64,000 bases of DNA from Podarcis liolepis. Lineage: Eukaryota. The notes beneath the pieces were generated by a model. That model saw only the letters and a program-made list of their open reading frames with translations, had not been told where the DNA came from and searched no databases. The stretch lies in assembly GCA_965112155.1 (NCBI GenBank), contig OZ218114.1; one strand, written 5' to 3'. Shown in pieces: positions 51,537 through 64,000 of this stretch. A program made the position numbers and the translations under genes. How positions within the stretch are numbered: the stretch's first letter is position 1; each line of letters starts with the position of its first letter.

Positions 51537-52569
51537 ATTTAAACAAATGTTTAAAACCCTAGCCAAGGACATAGGCGAGCAAGAGTGAACCTGCACCCTC
51601 ATTCCTTCCCTGCTGGCAAGAGCCCAACAGGTTGTTGGATGAGGTATATAAGCTGCCTTTGGCCCCCACCACCTTCCCCTCCCCAGTTTTAAGATTTCAG
51701 CCTTGGTATTCTATTTGGATTGTATCCTAGAACTGGAGGGTGGGCCTTCAGTTGCAAAACCGCATGAAAATGAAAACAGAAAGAAAGCAAAGTACAGTAC
51801 AGTTAAAAAGCCAAAGCTCCCTTTTTAAATGCAGTAGTGCTAGGTAAGCAGTGTTCCCTCCAACAGCAGCTGCTTTCTTCTTTTCCTCCACCATCATCAT
51901 TATGGAATCTTAACCACTATAGGGAAAGGGAGTAAGAAGCCCTTCTTCCTATCGTTGCTAAGAAAGGAAGCATCATAAAATAAATCAGGCATTCCTGGAA
52001 TATTTATTCAAGCAGTTGAGACAAAAACAGTCCTTGAAACCTCCTACTTCGCAATACGTTTACAGTATTGGACCACCATTAAAGAATAGGTGGTCAGGCT
52101 GTCAAATCTGACAGATCAGTTGACTGGTGTGTCAATCCTCCCTCAGCGCTTTGGGCCCCCACAGACAGGTTTACTTATACCTGAGTGGAGATGGAGGGGC
52201 TTGTCTTTTATCTATTGAGAATGCTGTCTGTATATTAGCTTTGCATCCGTTTTTCAGAAATGCACTCATTTTGGTATCTAGCCATGAATCCTGAGCCAGC
52301 AGGAAACACACACAAAAAGGAGCAATGGAGATAACCGTGGGCAACCAGGAACACAGTCAGAAGAGGTCAGGGAGCCATCTTGCTCAAGGCAGAACCATCT
52401 CTTCCATCAGTTGCCTCTTCCCAAACACATGGCAGCTCCTTTGGTGCACAATCCTGAGACAACTAAAAATTATTATATCCCTTCAAGTTCCCTGCGCTTC
52501 TTTGTAAACACATTGAAATAAGGAGACCCCTTTGCTATCTGGGCAGCTCCCCAGCAATGACCTCTATAT

Positions 52570-52880
52570 CAGAGGCGGATTTAGTTCAGTGTGAGCATTG
52601 CAGCCACACAAGGCATGCAAGCCAAGGAGGGCGCCTTTTCAAAGCCAGGCAAGCGCTTGGCCGGCTTCAGGAAGGAGGTAGGAGGGCTCTGGCAGGGTCC
52701 TAGGGTCCTCCTTCCCAAAGCCAGGCAAGCGCTTACTGGGCTTTGGGAAGGTAGGAGCACTCTGGGACCTTGCCAGAGCCCTCGTTACCTCCTTTCCCAA
52801 GCCCAGCATAAGTCGGCACCGCGAAGGCTGTAAGGAAGGCGTCCACTGGCCTCGCACAGGGCGTCCTATTACCAAGGCCT
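52570..52880. repeat. Dispersed repeat related to 19100-19370, with a duplicated internal hairpin unit
   Basis: caaagccaggcaagcgctt occurs twice; ctttgggaagg / cttcccaaag inverted arms. Confidence 0.6.
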
Positions 52881-54627
52881 GCCCATGTCTGCATGGTGGC
52901 CATTTTGAGCTTCCCTTGGATGCACCCATCCTGCCAGGACTCCTCACCTTACCAGGACAGCCACCTCTGGCTCACACTAAGGCAGCCTCCATCTGGCGTG
53001 ATTTAAAGCCACTTCCATGTGGAGGCTCTGCATCACTCACTTCAGAAGCCTAAGCATTTATTTGCCTGGGTAAGGGAGGCTTTCTGGTGAGCTGTCAGCA
53101 AGGCCTGTATCCACTTTACTGAACTGGAAAAGAAAAGTCTGCTCTAGCAAGTTAATAAAGGGCCTCTGAATATCTCAGCTGGATGTTTTTCTCCATGAGT
53201 GAGAACGCCAAATGTTAGCTTGACATTTAATCTTTAATATTTTTTTAAGTACGTTGTTTTGCCATTTCAGTCCAGCACAATGCAGTTACTTTCCTAGATC
53301 TTTCTCCCCAACCTCAGTGCTGATTGTGGTCACCTGTCCCCCTGCCAAACACTAGGGATACTGCTTCATGCATTCTCTCCATGCACACAGACCCCATTTT
53401 ATCTCTGCCAGGTTAATACTTATAATATTTTGCTATGGGAGGGGCTGCACATTTACAGCTGGCCTTTATTTTAGGACTTTGCAGATCTGTGTTGCTCAAG
53501 ATGTACCAGATTTGTTTTTCAATTTATCTATTTTTTTAAGTATGGGTGTTCGTTAGAGGTGGAAAGATTCCCTTTTGGTGTGTGAGGCTTTGGGGAAAGC
53601 CCCTCTTTTCCAGGAAATGTTGTGGAGTTTTCTGTAAGTAGACAAACAGCTGTTTTCCTCAAAAGTGTGGAATCTAGCAAGATGCAGAAAGAAAACTAAT
53701 GTGAAATGCCCAGGGGCATATTACTCCCAGATAGTTTTTTTCTCCCAGCTTGGGAAAGGGGAGGCAGGATTCCCAACTATACCTCCAGGCAACATGGCAT
53801 TTTGACCTCTGGGGAAACTTACAAGCTTGCATCTTTGGTGGGCTGAAAGATTCAAAGCTATGGTAAAGGCTTTGCAACCTCCCATTTCACTCTGCCTAGA
53901 TGTATAGAGGGAACGGTGCTCTGTAGTCTGTTGTCAGAGAGGGCAGGCCCTGTGTCTTTTTGCTATTTAATCCTGTTTCTTTCTCTTTTTTTCTTTAAAA
54001 GCATTTTTCAGATACTTCCACCAATTATTTTACATATCAAACATCTCTAGACAATGCAAATAGACCAATAACAGCAAAGGTTTATTTAATAACAGCGTTC
54101 CTGGAACATCATTTTCTAGGTTTGCATTATAGTCGGAGCTATTTGAGAGCATCTTGTTCAGTATAATTAAGCAATAGATTTTAAAAGGTCAATAATGATC
54201 AGCTCAAGAAATAGCACTGCTTGCCTTGATATAGTCATGAAGGCAAGTGGATGGTCTCAAAGCATAAAGCTGGCAGTTTTCTCTCTTTGTAGCATACTAC
54301 TTATGGTTCGGTCTTCCTCCTCCACTAAATCTGCTAATTTCACTTTTTCTACCAAATAGTTGACAAAAAGAGATGCATCGTGCTTTCAGCTAAAGGAGCT
54401 GACTTCCCTATTACTATTTACATTTTTTTCCTCCCTACTTCCCTCTCTGGAAATAATTAAGATTATAGGATTGTTTCTGCTTCTAGCTACTCATTTCTTT
54501 GTGCATTCCGGTAGTGCCCAAATAATAGTTTTGGAGATGGAGACAGACACTTATTATTAGGGGAGGAGGAAAGGGAAACCAACCCTCCTCTGGTACCGAA
54601 AACACCCCAAATGTTCCATTGCATATC

Positions 54628-54670
54628 ATTTGTTTGTTTGTTTGTTTGTTTGTTTGTTTGTTTGTTTGTT
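54628..54670. repeat. (TTTG)n microsatellite
   Basis: About 10 TTTG units. Confidence 0.95.
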
Positions 54671-55251
54671 TTAAAGAAAAGCATTTCAAACCTCCCAATC
54701 TTCATGTACCTTGAGAGCTAAAAAGTGGGTGGGTGGACAGGACATATATTTCATCTGAAAGTTTTCAGTGGATCCAAAAAACGGTTTTCTTTCTTTGCTT
54801 ATCAACATTTAATATCAATATTAACACAATGTGTAGTCTAAAACTAGTTCCTTTGTAGTTTGCATGGGATGTGAATGCTGTCTCGACGTGCCCAGATCTA
54901 GAAAACTCGTTTTACTACTGCATGAGCATCAAATCAGATGTTGAAAAATATATATTTTTGTGATAATTTGGTGAAACTGAGCACCTACCGTCTCTGGTTG
55001 CAGTAGTGTGTTGAATGGTGTTTTTTTTTTCCTTCTCTCTTTATACATATTTCTATATATTTGGAGCTCCAAGCTTCTTAGTAGTATGGGCTGACTATTA
55101 TTGAGTACTTGCTCTCCTATCGCATGGCCTTGGTTAAGTGTTAGAAGTTGGACCTAGGCTGTTTTCTTTTCTTTTTTTAGTGTTTGGCTTTGTAATAACT
55201 GTGCATGCTCGGCTTCTGGCCTCATACCCAGCTTTATTCTCTGCACACCAG

Positions 55252-55460
55252 TCTTGAATAGCTACAGTGCTCAACCGAATTTTGGCGCACCCGCTTCCCC
55301 GGCAGGCTCCAACCCAGCCCGGCCCGGAGGATTCCCAGGGGCGAACAGCCCGGGTCCCGTTGCAGACCTCTACGGTACAGCCAGTCAAGACTCCGGTGTT
55401 GGTAACTACATAAGTGCTGCCAGCCCCCAGCCTGGCTCCGGCTTTGGGCATGGAATTGCT
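55252..55460 (+). CDS. MSI2: MSI2 coding exon with two acceptors (55252 long, 55306 short)
   Basis: (V)[17 protein letters not shown]|[52 protein letters not shown]; CAG acceptors at 55249-55251 and 55303-55305 (54 nt apart); donor GCT|GTAAGT. Confidence 0.97.
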
Positions 55461-56230
55461 GTAAGTAGTCCTCTTTGTTTCCCCGTTTCTCCTCCTAGCG
55501 TGTCCTGGGCTCTGAAATGAGCAGAGTTAGCTGCCAACGAGTGCAATCCCTCCCACCGCTGTCAGGGTAGGCTCCTGTTAGAGAAGCTACTACACTTTCT
55601 AAATAGGCCTTCAAAGCCAGGACTCTTGCCTGTCACGTGTATTAGAAGCTAAATTGAATCTATTTGTGTGGCTCTGCCTTTGCCCCGGCATCCTCTATGG
55701 ATTCCATATACCTGAAGCTTCACTTTCTTTTGATTGTAACAGCAAACCGTTACACTTCCCTTGCAAGGTACAATCAGACTTCCTTCAGCCAGACCACATA
55801 TTCAGATCTTTTGCCAGATACTGGACTTGCATTGTGCTCCGTTATTCCAGATAAATGTCAGCTGCTGAGAGGTGTCCATTTGACAGAAGTTGCACTGTGT
55901 ATTTATTTCTGTAAGGGGGGGGCAGAGATTTCCTCTGATCCATCAACCTGCACAGCACACCAAGTATGTCTTTTTTTTAATTTTAGCAATGTGTGTGCGC
56001 TTCTGTTTAAGGAAACCTGTTAAGTTTTTTTCATAGCAATCTTACCCAGGTGAGAGATCTCACTTTAGTGCTCCCACTCGAGCAGCTGAAAGATAACAAA
56101 TGCCACAATCCTACAAAAACAGGAGTGCTTAATTTCCAAAGGTGTGCTTAAGTTTTTTTTCTGGCTATAAGCCACCCCACCCCACCCCCACAAAAATGCT
56201 TACATGAGCTAATTTTGAGATCCTAAAGTA

Positions 56231-56567
56231 CAGGTAGATCTCCACTTACATGTTACATTCCGGCTATTGTGCATATAAGGGAAATTGCACAAAGGCAGAA
56301 CGATCCCCGGAACAGCTCTTCACAACCATCCCTCCCTGTCTAAAGTCGTCACTGCGTGGGCCTTGCCCCCCCCAACCCACTTTGCTTATTGGGCTCTGGA
56401 AGGCCCTGGAGGGCTCCCGTGAGATCTCACAGGAGCCATTGCATAACCTTAGACGGCCTTCCTGGGGGTTTTCCCTGATCTCCCACTCCTCATTTTAATT
56501 TTTTTTCTGTGGTCTGTGTAACGCTGGAATCACGTATGTAAAATCAGTGTAAGATGAGATCTATCTG
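56231..56567. mobile_element. Tc1/mariner-pogo type MITE
   Basis: TIR CAGGTAGATCTC..CTTACA / TGTAAG..GAGATCTATCTG flanked by TA on both sides. Confidence 0.8.
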
Positions 56568-58014
56568 TACTCCTCCAAGCAACTTCCATATCCCAAAAGT
56601 TTTAAAGGTTGATAACTCTGCTCATGCTCCCAATAATCTGGGAGCAGCTCCTTGCACCCTAACCCTTTGTCAAAAGTAGATGTATGAATATGCATAGGAG
56701 CAATTTGCAGGAACACTCCTATAACCTTAAAACAGGAAGCAAGGAATGGCCTGTATCACTTTTTTAAATTTTAGCTGGGCTAGAAATGAAGTACTGATAT
56801 AATAACACTTAGCATGGAAAGTTGCCTTGCTCTGCACCTTACCAGCTACCCATGAGTGAATGGATTCACATCACCAGAACAGGGGCTTCTTTCTGTGCCA
56901 TTATTTCGTATTCAGTTTTAAGATCTAATCCATTTTTGGAAGGTGGAAAAAGGTTGCATAGTGTGTGGGTGGAGGAATGGTTATGTGAATCCAATTTATA
57001 AAGAACTGAAGTTGTTGCTTTAAATCTGTTCATCTGCAAAAAAGTTTTTAACGTATTTTTTTTCTCAAGCCAATACAAGATGTTTTAGTATTAATGTGGT
57101 GTGATTATTAATTTGGAAGCGGAAAATTACTAATTTTCAAGTGGAAATTTTGCTCAACAAATTTGCATGCAAGTCCCCCCCCCCCATCTCAATTCTACTG
57201 TGTTCAATTGTGTGTGTTAGCATGAATGTCTGATGCTGTTTAGTGGCCAGTTAACCAAATTATTTTAAGCCAAACGGATTATTCCTGTCCATTTTCTTGT
57301 ATCTGGAGCTATACCCTAATTAACCCAAAGTGCAGACAAAGTTCCAAAAGTGTTTTACTGCGTTAAAAATGTTAACACCCGGACATGTATGGTTTTTGTT
57401 TTAATTCCATTCCCCTTGTAATGTCAGCTGGGTAACTTGCAAAATCCCATTGGATCAGCTGTACAGTGAAAGACAGATTATTATTCTGTTAAGACCTACA
57501 TCAATCTAAACTGCCATCTATCGCCACTTTGCAACACCCCTCATTTCCATTTTTCGCCTAAAGAAAGAAAAGATCGGGTTGTTCTTGAAAACGTGTGCGC
57601 TGTTGACCTTTTGCAGCAGCCTGGCTTCCAAAGAATAATACAGCACTCAGCATTGTGCTTTGTCTGCACTAATGTGGCCTTTAAAATTATTTTGTGTGTG
57701 CCTGCACACAGCTGGCTCTTTAATTTTACGTTCAATAACATTCTACAGAAAGTAGCTGCCTTTTTAATACCTTTCACGCCATCCATTTACTAACAGCAGC
57801 TTAAGAAATTTACTTTTCAGATGTGATCTTGGAAAAATATCCCTAGAATTGAATCTACAGAGATGTTAGCAGGACTAGATTGCAGCTTTTCTAAATATTC
57901 ATGCTGGCACCACACACACTTGAGACTTTTGATAAATCCATGCAAAAAATAAATAAAAATCACAATCTCTTCCCATGTATCACACTGATGACATTAACAA
58001 TTGTACAATTTTAG

Positions 58015-58056
58015 GGGCCTTTGATTGCAACGGCTTTTACAAATGGATACCATTGA
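58015..58056 (+). CDS. MSI2: MSI2 last coding exon GPLIATAFTNGYH* (exon continues as UTR to 58092)
   Basis: ttttag| GGG CCT TTG ATT GCA ACG GCT TTT ACA AAT GGA TAC CAT TGA is the conserved Musashi C-terminus; donor GAG|GTATTC at 58092/58093. Confidence 0.97.
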   Translation, partial: GPLIATAFTNGYH

Positions 58057-58206
58057 AACGTTACACAGGGTTGGTTGCCATCTCACTTGGAGGTATTCCA
58101 GTATATAGCATTTATATTTTCAACTATGTCCCTTATATTTTGTCATTTTTTTTTTACATTCTTACACTCTTCTTTCTTCCTGTCTTTAAATCCTTTTTTC
58201 CTTGTA

Positions 58207-58207
58207 A

Positions 58208-58247
<40 letters not shown>
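58207..58247. repeat. (ATT)n microsatellite
   Basis: About 13 ATT units; source of the poly-I/L/N pseudo-ORFs. Confidence 0.95.
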
Positions 58248-58250
<3 letters not shown>

Positions 58251-59222
58251 TTTTCTGGGATGGAAAGCGGAAAGGGATCCTGAGCAAATTTTGCTAAGTG
58301 TCTTTACATTTATTTCATTTTTATGCAATCGATTTGATTATTCAGATACAAAGAGCTGTTGAGGAATCCTCAACCTTCTCTGAGCATTTTTTTAAATAAG
58401 TACCATTAATGTGGACTAGAGACTTGTGGAAAAAGCAGCATTCAAAAGTGCAATGCTTTACTGCTTCAAATCCACCTCTAAGTGCTATGTCAAATCCTGT
58501 AGCACAAGAAGGACTGTTAGTACTTTCAGAACAGCTACCTCAAATTAAAACTATACACTTACTAATGTCCTATCTGGATCTCTGCCTGTTTCCTACCCTT
58601 CAACTGACCACCCCAATGTGGGGTCTTTGCATATCAAATTATAAATATTCAGTCTAAAGAGTAAAAACAACTCCTAGAAAACAGTCCATGACCAGATTAT
58701 ATACACATATATCTAAATGTGGTGAATGCTTTATTTTGCTGCTAATTGCATGCCTTCTAAATTCCAAATCAGCGCATGGAATTAAAATAATGATTGCTGA
58801 AATTAGGAGAATTTGGCATGATGCTTGTGAAATGCTTTAGGAATGTCAGAGGGGTGAATAAGTATATGGTGGTGTGGTTTAAGTGACCCAAGGTTTTTCG
58901 ACCATGAACAAATGAGTTTTTAAAAAGGTTCTCAAGGATGCTAAGGCATTTGAGTTGCATCTGTTCAACACCTCACCCCCTTGCAAAACACATAACAATG
59001 CTCCATGATTCTCATCAGGCACATGCTCTGCATCATACCCAGAGTGTGACTTGAGGGCACGCGATAAAGATACCTTGCTGAAACTAAGCAGGTCTGAGTC
59101 TGGTTAGTGCCTGAGAATCCCATATATGCCAGCTTGAGCTCTATGGTGGAAGAAAGACAGGGTATTACATGTAGTGAAATAAATAAATTCTGTACTCGTC
59201 ACTAACCTTTAGAACATGCAGT

Positions 59223-59390
59223 TGGGGAAGGGCCATAATTCAGTGGTCAAGCATCTGCCCTGCAAGCAAATGGTCCCTGGTTCAATCTCCAGGTAGGGCT
59301 GGGAAATATTTGCCCACCTAAAATCCTGGGGAGCTGCTGCCTGAGGTGGATGCACCAATGGTCTGACTCAGTATAAGTATATGTTTCTGT
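59223..59390 (+). mobile_element. tRNA-derived squamate SINE (Squam3-like)
   Basis: gggccataattcagtggtcaagcatctg..ggtccctggttcaatctcc..gagctgctgcc..ggtctgactcagtataag. Confidence 0.7.
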
Positions 59391-62300
59391 GGAGTATGAT
59401 CTAAGTGACTGGCAGTGAGATACAACAAAAAGAAAACCAGGACACCATTCTAGGTGAATCAGGGTCTCAAACTGGTGCCATTAACGGTTGCTTGCTTATT
59501 ATGTTCAAGTTACTAATAGCAACCAGGTTCACAGAAAAAAACACTACATGAGCAATTAAAAATGGTGTTTTGGTGCTAACAAGTGTTAACCAGGTAACCA
59601 TACGGCATTAATTCACCCAGTACCCACATGAGCGCTGTAACCGCCATTAACAAGGCAATAAGCAGTGGCTGAAATAAGCCCATTTCAAATGAAGAGCATC
59701 TCTGTAATTTGTGCGCCATGTTTTCTTCACTCCACTAGGTATCTTCTGCTGTAGCTTCAGAGACATCTAGTCCTCTGTGAGCCTTGTTGAGAATACCTTT
59801 TGCGGCAATCCTTGTTTCTTCTTGACAACCACACAAACACACATCTTCAGGCATTAACGGACCCTGGATAGCCTTTCCTAACCTGTTCCCAGTTACAGAA
59901 AGGTTGTACCATTTGGTCCACATACTTCTGCCAATCATTATTTTTATGCTTAACATTGGAGTCCAGTGAAGTCCTTCGCACACAACATTTCAGTAATTCT
60001 CACAACAGCACTGCATGGTAGGTAGGTAGGAAGAGCTGCAGATTGGAGTTGAGGCAGAGGTACTAGCATAGCTCAGTTCATGGCTGAGCTAAGCTTTGAA
60101 CCAAGATTTACTGGTTCATAGCTTCCTCTCCAACCTGTATTTTTCACGTCTCCCCCTAAACACCAAGACAACCAAGCAGGAAAGAAGCTTGGGGATCAGA
60201 AGCTCAGAGGTGTCAGGCTGTGCTACCTCCATCCACTGCAGCTGCCTTGTCTGACAGCTTCCCATAAGCCTATTGGAAAAGCCAAGCTACTCAAGAGGTT
60301 TCCAGAGAGAGGCCTTGCTTGAAACAGACCCAGAGCCTGATAGCTGAGTGGGCACAAACTGGCAAAAAAACCTAGCCATGGCTAATTCCTACTGACACCA
60401 GCATGATTTGAGTTAGCTGTGACTCAAGTTTTGCTCTGTTGTTTTCAAGTAGGACTTTGCCACAAATGACTTTTGCTGCCTTGCCTTAAACCCAGGGCCT
60501 TGCTCTGAGAACGTCTTCTAGGGAACTTCTTGATATGTGAGGCCTGATTTCAGGTGTGTTGGGAGAAGGTATCCCTTCTGGCACCAGGCCAAGTAGAATG
60601 AATAAAGAACTTGGTGGATAGAAACATGAAGTTAATTTTTAGAGAGGCAGTGTGAACACGCGTTATTTAGTTGTCTCATTCTCACTGATTATATTGTCTG
60701 AAGCCAGTAAGAAAAATAAAAAAATTAGGTACCAGTGGGATTCAATAACAATCACTTCCATATCCAAGTCATTATTACAAATGCAGCATGCCTCTTTCTT
60801 AACTCCACCAGGGCGCTTAGTTACACGCCACTCTCTCTTCCCTTGTCATGTCACGCTCTTTATTTTTGCCCTTCAATGCACCCACCACCACCTCCATCAA
60901 AGAGCACAGGTTCACCTTCATACTTGGTTTTGAAGTCCTGTGAAGAGGGCCTGTTTCAGAAAAAGGAAGACTTTACATCAACTGTTGGCATGCTTTTTAT
61001 CCAAGTTGTTTGCCAACAACATCTCTTACTTTTCTAAAAAATGTGTAAATGAAGTTCCCCCACAGGTTCCTGGAGCGCAGCCATGTGTCTGGGATGGCTC
61101 CTCCCTCTGGCTGGATCCAATTATGGTCCCAAGTAGATGAGACTACCCAGGGGGAGGGAACATCCTTCTCACCAGACCACCCTGCCTCATGAGCTGGATG
61201 GTTGGGATCAACTTGAGCTCCTAGCTTGTCTTCTGTATTTTCTTCTTCTGTGTGTTTCTCTCTCTCCCTGCCTCCCCTTTCATTCCCCACCTGCTGTTAG
61301 GAACTGGGGGCATTTGGGAGGCTGCTCCTGTAGCACAGGAGGTTTGTGGTTCACACTGGCACAATTGCACAGAAGAGGAGGAGGCAGAGAAAGAGAGGAG
61401 CCCCAAGTGGGACGGTGGAGAACATTGTGCCCAGATGGCTGAGAGGGTTGGCACAATTGCTCATCACAGCAAGCAGGCACCATGAGATTCACTGAGGTGA
61501 TGGAGAAGCCTGCAGAGCCCATTTGGATCTCTCCCCACCCGCATCTCAGCCTTGGCTGGCATCAGCAGCCAAACACTATGCCCCGCAGCAGGGCAAAGTC
61601 ACCCTCAAAGGGAAACGTGTTTTAAGAACCAGAGGCCTCTGAAGCAGGTGAACAGGATAGCCCTCCAAGCCACGTCCAAGGAAGGCTAAAGCCCTGGGCT
61701 GCAAGTGAACTGTCAGTGGAGGGGGTTAAGTCCTCTCAATACTGCGTTTGTCTGGGGAAAAGGAATTCTGCCAGGTCCACACCAGCAACAGGCCCTTCCC
61801 TACCATTGCAGTCCCCCTGTCCAGGACTGGAAAGGGGTAAATAAGTACACAAGTCCCATTGAAGGAAGAATGATGCATTAAGTCAGCATTCCTTCTGCCC
61901 TCTTCCTCTTCTCCCTCCTCTTTCCTATTCTCCATCTTCTGGACACAAGTGGTCCATCTTAGTGGCACATTCCATAAGGCATGGAACCAGCAAGGCCAGC
62001 CTGTTCAAGAAGGCATACAGCAGGAAGTTAGAATGCCTAGGGCTGAAGCTCTCTTCAGTGCTCCCTCTCCAGAGAGGTCAAAGCAAGGAGGCTCCTGGAA
62101 CTGCTGTAAGCCAAAAGCTGCCTTTCCAGACCAGCGGCACTGCATGGCCATGCATCACTCTCCATGTTCAAGAGTTATGAAAAGCTGAATGGGGCATACC
62201 AGGAAACATAAACCATCACACAAACTAGTCAACAAGCGACACTACTTCCTGCCTAAGGTGATGGGAAAGCTGAATGCACCAGCAGTAGATTCCCCCAGGA

Positions 62301-62588
62301 ATCCATGATAAACATGCAGGGGCAGGTTGTGGGTGGAGGAGCTGGCCAACAGGGATGATGTCTCCAAAGCCCATAAGGATGGTATGAAGAAAAACTCTTT
62401 TGGGGCAACACGCAGTAGGAGGGGCCATCTCAGACACATGACTTCCTTCCAAGAACCCCAAGGAAACAGAAGTTCTTCTCACTCACAAGTAACTCCAACC
62501 TATAAAAATTTTAAAGGGTTTGTCTCTAATTTTGAGGACCTTGTGGCTCCACAGTGCACGGCCTTAAAAGGAAGACAACACTTGGAAC

Positions 62589-62777
62589 ATAGGAAGGTGC
62601 CTTATACTGAGTCAGACACATTGGACCATGTAAATGGCTCGGTGCTATCTACACGGGTTGGCAGCAGTTTTTCAGGGTTTCAGACGGGGTCTCTCCCAGC
62701 TGTACCTGGAGATATCAGAACTTGAACCTGAGACCTTTTGCATATAAAGCATGTGTTCTGCCACTGAGCTATGGCCC
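62589..62777 (-). mobile_element. tRNA-derived squamate SINE (Squam3-like)
   Basis: ataggaaggtgccttatactgagtcagac..gaacctgagaccttttgcat..ccactgagctatggccc (reverse complement of the A/B-box head). Confidence 0.75.
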
Positions 62778-63635
62778 TGGGACCAAGTTATTGTCAATAT
62801 TAACATCCCTGGCACTTAACAGAACCCTGATTTTCTTGCATGGACCTAGAAGCAGAGAGTCCCTGTTTGCAGCATTAGCTCCCTGCCTGTTTCTGTTTTA
62901 AGGGTAATTCATATTATGTGTAAGTTACCATCTAAGCGCCCCTTGTAGGTCATTTGCCTAAGAGTCTCAATCACCCCAGTTCTTCTTTCCCTATCACATT
63001 TCTCGGCAGATAGGTGCAGTTACCACATGAATAATAGACTCTGTGTGTATGCTGCGGTGCCATTAGAGCGGCAGAAAGCTGGAGAATTTGATATTAGCCA
63101 CCGAAATCAGATTCCCTAAGAATTTTAAAAAAGAAAAACAAAAAAGATTAAATTCTGACCTTATACCTGGAAGCTGCGCCCACTAACATTTCAGAAGTTG
63201 GGAGTGGGGAGGCTAAATCTGCTTTCCACCAGTCAGGGGAGGGGACTTGTGCGCGCCGAATAGCTCCCTGTGAATCACAGAATAAGGAGGCATACAACAT
63301 AATTGCATAGTGTATTTAAGCACCAGAATCCACTTCCCCTGTTTCTGAACTTGAGCTGATGTGGTGCAGCATTTTGATATTCTTAACCTGGTTGGTTAGA
63401 CACAGCTCTGGATATCAACATGCATAAGTCCCTCGCCCTTTAAGACAAATGTATGGTGGCCTGTTGGGAAACAAATGACATCCCAGGTTCACCACCTTCA
63501 AAGTGTGACCATAAAACCCATAAAAAGGCCCCTAGAACTAGTAACATGTCTCTGAAGTGTTGGCTATAATTGTTGTTGTTTTTATCTATTCACACACTTT
63601 CTCTCTTTTTTTCCTTTTCCAAAAACGCGCTGTAG

Positions 63636-64000
63636 AGTATATCTGGATGTCCAGGCAAGACAGGGCGAAGTTTCTGAATGGTTCCATGTTTAGGTGATAC
63701 ATCATCAATCAGACTTTGAGCATTGCATCATCACCAATAACCCACACAAACTGGAGGTGGCATTCAGCGGACTTGGGTTGTCCACAATCTCTATCATCTC
63801 ACAAACCTGCTGTACTATATAGAACAACAGCTTTTTAAAGAAAAGAATATGTGTATATATATATAATCCATTTTGTTCATTTTATTATTTTTCTTGATGT
63901 TTTTCCCCCTTTGAAATCTATTTTAATCACTCTTTTGTAGTATTTTGACATAGGCTTGTAGTCACGTAGACCTACTACTTTGTGTATTTAGAAAAAGCCT
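63636..64000 (+). other. MSI2: MSI2 non-coding terminal exon (start of the long 3'UTR; runs off the window)
   Basis: Long pyrimidine tract and TAG acceptor at 63633-63635; agtatatctggatgtccaggcaagacagggcgaagtttctga closely matches the human MSI2 3'UTR start as I recall it. Confidence 0.85.

Noticed and set aside
54360-54460. Good branch point, pyrimidine tract and TAG acceptor at 54357-54359
   Set aside because: No convincing donor or poly(A) signal; the phase-1 peptide is not Musashi-like and stops after ~33 codons.
57975-58362. ORFs with poly-Ile, poly-Leu or poly-Asn
   Set aside because: Translations of the (ATT)n microsatellite.
1-64000. Prokaryotic-type systems (CRISPR arrays, operons) and an independent minus-strand gene
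   Set aside because: The sequence is vertebrate intron/exon DNA; there are no spaced direct-repeat arrays, and the minus-strand ORFs are short, repeat-derived or unrecognisable.

Overview
Vertebrate (squamate reptile, probably a lacertid lizard, judging from Sauria-type SINEs, BovB, CR1 and L2 elements) genomic DNA covering the 3' half of the Musashi-2 gene (MSI2) on the + strand. The window opens inside the alternative last exon of the short MSI2 isoform (..YLPISQDIIFIN*) and its 3'UTR. It then contains the coding exons GFPAAAYGPV..ARGS (21160-21219), ([18 protein letters not shown])[14 protein letters not shown] (55252/55306-55460) and GPLIATAFTNGYH* (58015-58056), plus the start of the non-coding terminal exon (63636 onward). 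Beyond the canonical human-type structure, the sequence shows an in-frame RGG-box extension through a second donor (21220-21276) and a clean 177-nt frame-preserving exon (42784-42960) that the ORF track misses. It also shows a candidate 4-codon alternative last exon (DETV*) with its own poly(A) signal, followed by a dense strand-specific cluster of Musashi (UAG) and RBFOX motifs, which suggests an autoregulated switch of the MSI2 C-terminus. The rest is intron filled with LINE/SINE fragments, MITEs with target-site duplications, microsatellites and some enhancer-like segments. Almost all entries in the ORF track are spurious. Repeat boundaries are approximate unless a TSD is given, and family names come from recall rather than a database search.
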